Of a DNA stretch of 64,000 nt, positions 54,501-64,000 are shown one piece after another. Under the pieces are notes generated by a model. That model was not told the DNA's origin, ran no database searches, and worked only from the letters and a program-made list of their open reading frames with translations. Numbering within the stretch: position 1 is the first letter of the stretch; the number at the start of each line of letters is the position of its first letter. The DNA is from Dimorphilus gyrociliatus (lineage: Eukaryota; Animalia; Annelida): NCBI GenBank assembly GCA_904063045.1, contig CAJFCJ010000012.1, positions 62,001 through 126,000 of the forward strand, given 5' to 3'. A program made the position numbers and the translations under genes.

Positions 54501-55900
54501 GGAACTAATGTTACAAATAGTTTAATTTTGGTAAAACTTTTGTTATAAATTTAAATGTGAAGCTATTTTTATAATGCTACTTGTAGAACTAGATGTTTCT
54601 CCGTAACAATGAGATACTATATCACTTTTTAATTATCAATATTAGACGTTATCCAGCTCCTCTTTCCTAAAAACATTCTAAATGCTGGTCTATAGACAAT
54701 ATTAAAATGGTATATATAGCATAATAGCAAACACAAAACATTATTTTCATTATGTTATACATGTATTATAAAAACGTACCTATTGTTGAACCAATTTCTA
54801 ACTATAATGATATTATATAGCATATCACTTAATTATCAAAGAAAACTGCCATGAATTATCTCTTCATAGTTTAATATATTTTAAATGGAACTAGGAAACA
54901 AAGAGCACAGGATATTACACATTAAAGAAGTCATTTTGTCATTCTGAAACTCAGGCTAAGTAAGTAACTAACTTTAAATAAATTATGAAACTGAGGCACA
55001 TGAAGAGATCCGGGAATAATGATTATGACAGATCTAATGGATAAGTTACCTTCTATAGCTAAATATTATTATCTTAATAAAAATGTAGGATTTTTGGTTA
55101 AAAAACCCTAATATCCGGTTAAGTTTTTGATCCTCTTAGATATTGATTTTTTTCCTGTAGTGTACAAATGGAAAATTCATAAAAGGGAAAAAAAGACACA
55201 TTATTCACTGCTTATAATATAAAATAGTGTATCTTAAGAAGGAGGATTAAAGAAATTTAAGTTTATTATGACATTCAATTTCAATCAAATATCAAAATAG
55301 CTCAAATTTACAGAGAGAATCTGCAAGATATAATAAAAGATTAACTTTATTCTTTTAATTATATTTTTTTAATTTTAATTAAAATAAAGACGAAATTAAT
55401 TAAATGACGAATTTTTTTAACTCTAAAAACCATCAAAAGTATTTAACTTAAGAAGCTGAAATGTCACATGGACGCTATGATTTGGGTTTTAACTTTCAGA
55501 TAATTGTTTCAAATTTCGCTATCCGCACTGGAAGAGCTGTTGATATTTTTTTATTAATTTAGAGAAAAATTATACTTTATATAAAGAAATGATAAATATT
55601 CAATTTACTAATAAATTACTCCTAGATTGAAGAAAAGAACTGAGAGGTATAATATCATATCACGATGGATATTTCCCTTTTCACATTCTTTTATATATTT
55701 CACTTAGAGAAAAAAGATGAAAGCTCTCTCTATATATAAAGCATATATACACTGTATAAGAATATATTTAGTATAAGAAAAGCTCAAAATATGAATAAGG
55801 TTTAGACATATCTAGAAAAATAGTCTCTGCCAAACAAAAAGAGAGTTCTAACTATAAATAAGACTTTTCATATAAATATAGTGTATTCTATAAATAATTA

Positions 55901-58422
55901 TTAAAAATTTGAATGAATAGTTCTTCGGAGTTTTTTAAAGTGTAAATATGACTTGATAAATTCGATGGTAATTGAAAGCAATGCAAGTCCGAATCCTATC
56001 GCAATTATGTAAAAAGATCCAGAATATGTTGCAAGATCTATTGCATTAGATTCTGTCGAATCAGAATCTTTGCAGCTAGGATTCTGCGTTAAATTATATG
56101 TCCTGAGCCATTTTTCATTTAATCCCGGCTCCAAACTGATTTCTAGCAATATCTTGTTAAAAAGATTTTGATAGCCCCACCCTTTTTGAACAGCAAATGT
56201 GACACCGTTTGGAAGAAAGTCATACTTTTCGTCGGTTGTTGTTAATTCACAATCTAGATGAGATACTAAATTAACAACGGATCTAGTACTGATATATCCG
56301 GTATTTTCTTGCTTAGCTTTTTCTATACCAGTTTTTAGATCAGGTACAATATTTTCTTGCGGATCTTGGATTATTTTCTCCCATGCTTTTTTGAATACTC
56401 CCGAATCTGCTGTTTTGAATATTGTCTCATGGCCAGAATTTCCTAAAATAATTAATTTAAAATCTTTATTTGAGACAGCATCCTCAAGATTATTGACAGG
56501 TAACTTGTACTTTCTAACGCTCATAATAGCTACTAAATTTCCAGTATAAATAGCCGTAATCATGATCCAAGTCAACCACATAGATCCTACTAAAGCTCTT
56601 ACGGATGTCTTTCCAACAGATGGTAATATTCCGCCTTGATTAATAGCCGCTCCAAATGCATACCAAAAGCAGTGTCTAAAAAGAGAATAGTCTTCGTCAA
56701 AAGATTTGACGCGTAGACCAAATCCTTCTTCTTTTAAGTTGTATTTCGAGAAAAATAATAAAGCTACAAAGCTTAGCGTAACCGAAGATATAAAACACAT
56801 CCATACTTCAATTTTAAAAGTCTGTGTGAAAAATACACTGGACAATAATTGAGGATTTGGCCTTTTCATTAAAATTGTCAGGGCTTCTGTTTGAGTAACT
56901 GAGAGAAAATCTACGGCTTTCAGTCTCTGAGCCGTAACAGTAAAAGCTCCAACTCCAATATCAGCTTCCTAATATATTTCAGTTTTCAATTAAAATAATA
57001 TTTTAAACAATTAATTAGGATTTATCACAAAGAAACAAGAAACAGAAACTTTCTAAAGATTAATCCCATCAAGCTAGGAGGTCGTTTTCTCTTTTAAAAT
57101 ATAAAAGAATATTTATAGATTTATAACAATATAACAAGCTAAATGTTTGATCGTTAAAGATTTTTTTAGAAAGTATAATAACCCAATTAATCTATATTCT
57201 ACATTTTAACCTTTAATTGAACATTACACCGGAATCTTAACGATATTTATTAAATATAATTACCTTTCTATAAATCATACCCATGGCTCCATTATAAGTT
57301 CCGTTAATTAAAGTTCCGATAGCTGCTTCTTTAGGTTCAATTATTCTATACCTATTAAGGAAAATTAATTAATAAACATATTGTTTGGTACAGCATATTC
57401 AATAATTAAAAGAGGAAAACGATAAAAACCTGAATTTTAGTCTTTCAGCTAACATATTAAAAATATTAAAAAATATTCCAACATAAAACACCTTTCCCTT
57501 TCTAACAATTCTAAATTGTAGGAAATCCAACTGCAATTCAGTCAAATGATTGTTATTATTTGGCAATTTCCGCTAAAAATTTATCTTACTGGAGTAGCAA
57601 CAATTGTGAATTCTCGCCCGTAAAAACCATGAAAAGGGAGAAAAAATGGAGCATTTTTTCGTATCTATTTTAGGTTAAAGTCATAAATAATACAATACGA
57701 TAAAACTAAGAGTATCAAATTAACTTTATCTCTTGTAAAATGACCAATTAATCTAAAGTTTCCAACGAACCATTGATAGTATTCTATGATACCGTTATTT
57801 TCAATAAGTAATAAAATACTATCACCTGGGTATAGTAAGTTAGTAAAGGCCTTCTCAATTTCTTTAAAATCATAATTTTCCATGTAAATTAGCCAATTAA
57901 ATAATGGGCCAAGTATTTTTAATTTACGACTCTTTTAGATAGAAAGTTTTATAAATATTCAATAAAGCACTATTTATTCTGAACTACCTTTAACAAGGTG
58001 TCTTTTACATAATTAAGACTAGAAGTATATATAACATATTCATACATTTCCGGATTGGAAGACCATTCGTTTAACCATTGACCATTGCTAAAAATAGCTG
58101 TCTTTCCAATTTTGTTTGTACGTTCAATTAAATCATTCTCAAGAAATGTATTATTGCCAAAAAAAACAACTTTATTAGCTTTTGTCGTCTTAAGAGCAGA
58201 TATCATTGAGGACGTTATTAACGAAAGCCTGAAACTTCGCTTTCTTCCTTCTTCCATTTCTCTATGTAAATGTATGTCGGAGAGTGACAGTGCTAAAAAT
58301 GATAAAGGTAATAAAAGAGAGAAAAAAGTTATATAACGATATTATTTTACATTCTTAAAAAGAATATTACCGTATTTGATAGAAATGAGAAATATGATCA
58401 AATTCATTACAGAGTAGGGCAT
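55901..58422 (-). CDS. Variant ionotropic glutamate receptor (IR-type chemosensory channel subunit), about 631 aa
   Basis: Exons 58422-58371, 58292-57988, 57931-57725, 57664-57590, 57530-57430, 57351-57264, 56968-55901 (1896 nt, phases compatible). S1: GREFTIVATP, YNGAMGMI, EADIGVGAFTVTAQRLKAVDF. M1: FKIEVWMCF. Pore: FWYAFGAAINQG. M3: TAIYTGNLVAIMSV (SYTANLAAF-like). S2 and M4 present. The N-terminus is short (~200 aa) rather than a full ATD. Confidence 0.88.
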
Positions 58423-61400
58423 TCTTCTTCCTACTTGATAGTTAATGTATTGAGTTAAAATGTGGTTTTCTTATATTACTGGTTAAAACACATGATTCCG
58501 CGTCAATAAAAAAAGGACTATTGATAAACTGAGATACTTATTGACGATTGTTCGCGTACTGTTTAGACTATAAAATAAAAAAATTTGTTGTTTGAACTTC
58601 AATCTATAAAAATATTTTATAAAGTAATAAGAAATATTACCTAAGGCAATCGCATTTTGCTATATTTATATATATGTATACTAGATACTAAATTTATATT
58701 GATAAATAATAGGGTTATAAATAGGTAGTACTTATCTTTGATCACTTCTAGCATTCTTTTCTCTTTGTGATGAAAATATATTAAAAGAGTCATAATAAAA
58801 CTATAGGGTATAAATTTATTCCGAATACAAGACTCAACAAAGATACTAATTAATCTATTTCACTTGTCAGGGCATTTTATTAATTTGTATTTCATAGCAA
58901 TCAATTGAAATCTTCTATATCTAAAAAGAATGTATTTTGTGCTAAAAGAACGATATGAAGTAAAACTTCATAATCATATTTCTAAAAATACTTGTATTAT
59001 TTATTACACTGTATTGCTTATTATTAGATGTATTAATTTTCATGTGATTTACATGTAGCTTCTGTTAAAAATAAATCAACCTCTCATTTTCAATTTGACT
59101 TTTTAATCAGAATATATTACAATAAACTTGAAAAAGAAAATTTATTAAACTTGAAGTAGTTTGCCATTTAGCATTATGAGGTAAACAAGTATATTAATTA
59201 TATCTCCTTCGACACACTTTTAATAGCTCTGAAAAAAATCTATAATTAATCCTTCTAGATGAAGAGCGAAACAATTAGAAGCCGAGAAATTTAGACAGAT
59301 GTCTAGCTAGTTTGTAAATAATATAGATTAAAAAAATTACCTTGATTGGTTGCTGATTTTCAGGGTCGGTGGAGTAATTTACTGAAGGATAATAAATTAG
59401 GATAGAAATCTCCCAGATCTCTGAATTTGTTCTTACCAAAAGTTTATTTTTGACTAGTTTAGATGACTTATATAAATAAAGTATACAATATATAAAAAAA
59501 TATAGTAGACTGCATATATTTTATAATATTAGCATACAATCTTTTATCATTTCCTACTGTCTGTAACAATAAAGTTAACTTTAAGAAACATTTACTGAAA
59601 ATATACACATTTATTTCTCTTAAGTTAAGACTGCTCAGAGAATGACATTTATCTAAAAGGTGTTATTTTTTCTTGTTTAATCACAATAATTAAGGTCAAA
59701 CTCATTTTTAAATATTACATGCACACCTAATTTTATATAGCTTTTACAATGTTATAAAGGAATAATATATAAATGATATAAAACTGTCCCCTATCTAGTT
59801 CTTTTTGAGAAGCCTTAAGACTAAAGAAATATTGTTTCTTTGAAAACTTTTATCCTCTTATAACTCAATCATTTCATTGATATATTGACATGTTAAATGT
59901 ATTTAATTGAATTGAGTAAACGATTGTTAGGCTGCGACGCAATTTCTAATATGTAAATATTAATGGATATATATATATATATATATATATAAGGAGTCCT
60001 CTATCTATTCCCTTTACGAAGCGTCTGACTATAAAGCAATATTATTTCTTGGAAAATTTCAGCATTTTTTGTGATTTAATCGATCTATTGATATATTGAC
60101 ATGTTTAAAGTATTTGACTGAATTGCAATAAGTAAATATTTATTAAGTTTTCAGTTAGGATTTTATCAAAATTCGAAAGGCAAAAATCGTTAGAGTAACT
60201 AGAGAGAAACTTTTGACATTAATATTCATATTTCTCGTCTGTGTCTACGAAGAATTTTATACTGCTACGTTCACATCATTCTTTAAGTAGATTGTTATAT
60301 ACAAATAAATTTCTTTTTCTTACAGATCTCTATACTTCTCCAATTTGTCTGCGAAGACTATAGAAGTTCTATTTTAGTTATATCCTGTCTTTCATTTAGT
60401 CCTTCTAGATATCATCTTTGAACCTATCTTCTATTTTCTGCACCATCTGCATAAAAGTAATTTTACTACATGTAGTATCATATGTAGTATTACACTTTAC
60501 AGCATCAATAATTATATTTAAATCAAGAGTAACAATATTCTGAAGTGTCATTTACGAGTTCACTAAGTTAAAAGTAAAAAATTGTTCAAACAAATGAGAC
60601 TTTTTCCTCCCTATATAAATAGGTTAAGTACTGAGCGACCTTAAAATTTCTTTTCTTCCCTTCCTCTTCACATCTCTTTTTTCTGTGCTTTCTCTATTCT
60701 TCTCTACGCTCATGTTAATATAATAGAAAATGAAAAACCGAAATATTCGTTTCCCACATTCTTTTATACAATTATTATGGCTGAAAACTCGAATTTATTT
60801 GTTTTTTTTGTTTAAATGTCTAATAGATAATTGTTTTTAGCGTTATTTGTAGAAATATAAATATGTTTTTATTACTTTAAAACTATATTAACTTGCTTTT
60901 TTTCTCAAATTAAGCGTTTAAGTATATTTTACAACATTGATTAATATTTGTTCTTTTAAATTTTCTTAATTTCATGAAATTTTTTTCATTCATTCATTCA
61001 AAGCAATAAATAAAGCATACTTTTGTAAGTAATTTATACATATATATATACTGTATATATATATACAGTACATATATATATATTTCTTCCACGATTCAAA
61101 ACTAAACTATTGTACTTGTATGAGAATAGCATTTGTTAATTCGATAGAATTGATTTGTTCATTCGATATGAGAATTAAAAATTAATGAACATAAAAAATC
61201 AGATGATTATGCTTTAGAGTTTATTGATATTTCTGGGTTGCTTAAATATTATATTCAAAATATGAAATATATTATAATGAAATTACATCATTCAACCAAA
61301 TATAATTTCTTTCTTGATATGATTTGAATATAAAATTCTATATTATGGATAATAGAATCAAATATTTACAGAGTCAGCAAATTTTTAAGAGTTACTAGAA

Positions 61401-62022
61401 TATACATATGATGATAAGAAGAAGAGATTAATTGATACTGATAGGATATTCATACGATTGTCACATAAAATAGATAAACATAAATATATCAAGTAATTCT
61501 ATAAAATATACGAAATTCGATAAATCTGTGTAATGTTGTCCTAACTTGACTGATTTTTGATAAAGAAAGATTTTCCCAAGAGCCATTTCTTTATCATTTG
61601 CGCTTGAGGATACTCCGCAGTAAACATATACATCTTTTCGTAAACAAATTTAATAAAGAAAATAAATATTTCTCCTTTTCTAATCTTATTATAACTGTAG
61701 AGAAATTTTAGATTTAAAATGTCACATTTTTGTTTACGTCATAGTTGTTTACAAAGTAACTAGGTTTTCTTTGTTTGCAACATTTTTTGTCATAAAATTA
61801 ATTCTCTTTTTACGTAAGCTGCTTCGATTATTTCATTTACTGAAAATAGTAATTGTATTAACGACTTGGATATATTATCCAAGTACAATGATCATATAAC
61901 TAAAGACGTTTACATATATATATATATACATTATATATTAGTATGTATGAACGTTGTAGTAAGAACATTATTCCAGTTTAAAATTCTATAATTAAAAAGT
62001 TATCTAAATAAAAGACAGTTAA

Positions 62023-62717
62023 TTAATGCATAAGCTTGTTTAAAGTCTTTTTTATCCTTAAGCTGCTTAATCTCGCATCGTACTCGTGAGCCCAGCATTC
62101 AATGGATATCTTTTGAAGCTTTTTACCTAGAAGCTAAATTTTTTAACTTTATAGCAAGTGATATATTTATATATACTGTATATATATATAAGTATATGTA
62201 TACAATAAAACTGGAATAAACAAAAAATAAATGGTTTCTTACCATTTCTGTCTCCTCGCAATCGCTAAATACTGGTCTGCATCTATTCTGGCATACAATT
62301 TGACGAATTTTGCCAATGCTCGTGTCGTGAGATATATTTTCGTAATAAGCAAGATTATACGTTTTAGAACTGTTTTTGACAAGTTCCCATCTGTGATAAA
62401 TTTCCCAAAGAAACAATCCGAATGCGTAAACGTCACTCTTCTTGTAACAGTCAAAATTTGACGATTCTAGTGTACCGTCTAGAATTTCAGGTGAAAGATA
62501 TCGTTTTGTTCCAGCCTATATAAGAAATATTACAATAGTATAGTATATGATCTAATAGGAAATTGCAATATATATTTTTTTTTAGAAATTTAATAGTTTC
62601 ATTCTTTTGAACTGATAAGATAAGCATCTTATGATTGAAAGTAAAATTAGGTCATTATCATTTTGATTTACTTTTTAACGTATAATAAAATATCTAAATA
62701 TATATATATATATACAG

Positions 62718-62749
<32 letters not shown>

Positions 62750-63969
62750 TATAGTTGGGAACTTACAATCAATTTAGGTAAATTTCCCAAATTAATCATC
62801 TTTGTATCGCTATAATAAAGTACTGACACCCCAAAATCAGCTATACAGCAACGTAAATCATCTTTTATTAATACATTATTACTTTTGAAATCGCGATGAG
62901 CTAAAGCAGGTTTTCTTTCTTTTCCGAAAATTTCAGTGTGTAAGTAAGCCAAGCCAGCAGCAGCTGACTGTATTATTCGAAGTAAATCTGTAGTTGATAT
63001 TTTTCTTTCTTGTAAATAATCAAAAACAGAACCATTCGAGTGATACTGAGTTATCAACCAAAACTGTGTTAGGCTATGTCTTGATGTAATATCTGAAGCT
63101 AAATAAGCAAGTATCGTTTCGTGACGTGGAAGAACCTATTATAAGTGTTTATTGCTGTAAAATGTAAACAAGTAATTTTTTCTTATATTAGGGATACCGT
63201 ATTATATATCTGACATTCTCTATTCCACGATTTTTCATTTAGGGAATAAAATATCTTAATAGCCACGTCATCTCCGTGTAAAGAACCTTTCCATACTTCT
63301 CCAAATTTTCCCCTACCGATTGTGTGTGATAATCGTATCTCATTAGCGACGGTTCTATGCATAAGGTATGGCAGACCCATTCCGCTACCGCTAGTTAGGT
63401 TTATATCACATTGTTCCTTTTGTAAAAATAAATATGAATAATAATATACTGTACACACATATATACATACATAAGAAGAACAGTATATTAACATTTAGGT
63501 TAAATGAAATGAAAGACAATAAACTCTAGTAATATTGTGAATATAATGAGGGAGGTTCAGTTATGCGTTTTTTCTTTTAAATTACACAGAAAATCCAAAA
63601 GTATGATAATGAAAGAAATTACGTGCTACAGTTATTTTCGTAATAATCTAAAGTACTCGCCTCTTCATTTATATTGGTAGAACTACATCTGAATTTATAA
63701 ATAACATAGTACGAAAAGATAGCAAGGGCGATCAATAAACCAACTATAATAGGAATTACAAAAGCCAGAACACTTGTATCAACTTTTTTAAGAGTTGAAG
63801 TGGTCTCCGCATAGCTGTATCCAAAATTCTTATTGCAGAAATTCGAATTGCAGCAGGTTATTTTAAAATAATCGGTTGGGGGGACTGTACATTGAATTTG
63901 ATTAAAACCAGCCAAACAACCTTGTTTTTCAATCGAACTTTTCGGTTCTTTAAGAATCGATGAGTAGCA
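62023..63969 (-). CDS. ACVR1: TGF-beta/BMP type I receptor Ser/Thr kinase of the ALK1/ALK2(ACVR1)/Saxophone group; 5' end lies beyond the window
   Basis: Exons 63969-63661, 63416-63198, 63135-62767, 62515-62243, 62133-62023. Ectodomain Cys box CCNSNFCN, then a TM segment, GS box TSGSGMGLP, GRGKFGEVW, VAIKIF, HRDFKS, DFG, GTKRYLSPE, ECW..ARLSSLRIKKTL. The L45 loop ASDITSRHSLTQFW matches the ALK2 type (ASDMTSRHSSTQLW), not ALK3/6 or ALK4/5/7. The symbol denotes the orthology group only. Confidence 0.88.
62699..62746. repeat. (TA)n microsatellite interrupted by CAG, in a receptor kinase intron
   Basis: Direct reading; TACAGTA at 62713-62719. Confidence 0.9.
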
Positions 63970-64000
63970 CTGCAATTATTGCATCACAAAAAAAAAGATA

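Noticed and set aside
51600-55880. 4.3-kb gap between the convergent GPCR and IR genes as a possible hidden gene or transposon
   Set aside because: I saw no sustained open frame, terminal repeats or transposase/RT motifs on either strand. Small exons cannot be fully excluded by eye.

Overview
This is AT-rich animal genomic DNA with mostly very short (about 50-70 bp) GT-AG introns. The FMRFamide peptide set, the variant ionotropic receptor and the intron sizes suggest a compact-genome lophotrochozoan, probably an annelid (inference). Manual splicing of the fragmentary ORF track gives seven protein-coding genes. (1) A 5'-truncated giant EGF-repeat protein (+, 1-7584): about 45 EGFs, one VWA domain, a Ly6/uPAR-like domain and a Cys-rich tail, with a very young tandem array of exon+intron units. 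(2) A THSD7-like TSP1-repeat type I membrane protein (-, 35810-9118), including two exons missing from the ORF track. (3) A secreted ~1397-aa protein with a Gly/Trp/Arg repeat, a furin-type site and eight SUEL-type lectin domains (-, 43951-39016). (4) An FMRFamide precursor (-, 45734-45032). (5) An opsin-like class A GPCR lacking the retinal lysine, with a candidate 117-aa cassette exon in ECL2 (+, 48717-51547). (6) A variant ionotropic receptor (-, 58422-55901). (7) An ALK1/2/Saxophone-type BMP type I receptor (-, beyond 64000 to 62023) with a GC-AG intron and natural substitutions at positions equivalent to human FOP activating sites. Non-coding DNA repeatedly carries TA-CAG-TA / TA-CTG-TA inside (TA)n runs, the form of Tc1/Sleeping Beauty-type excision footprints. 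No RNA genes, CRISPR arrays or intact mobile elements were supported. All gene models are hand-built and untested against RNA data.
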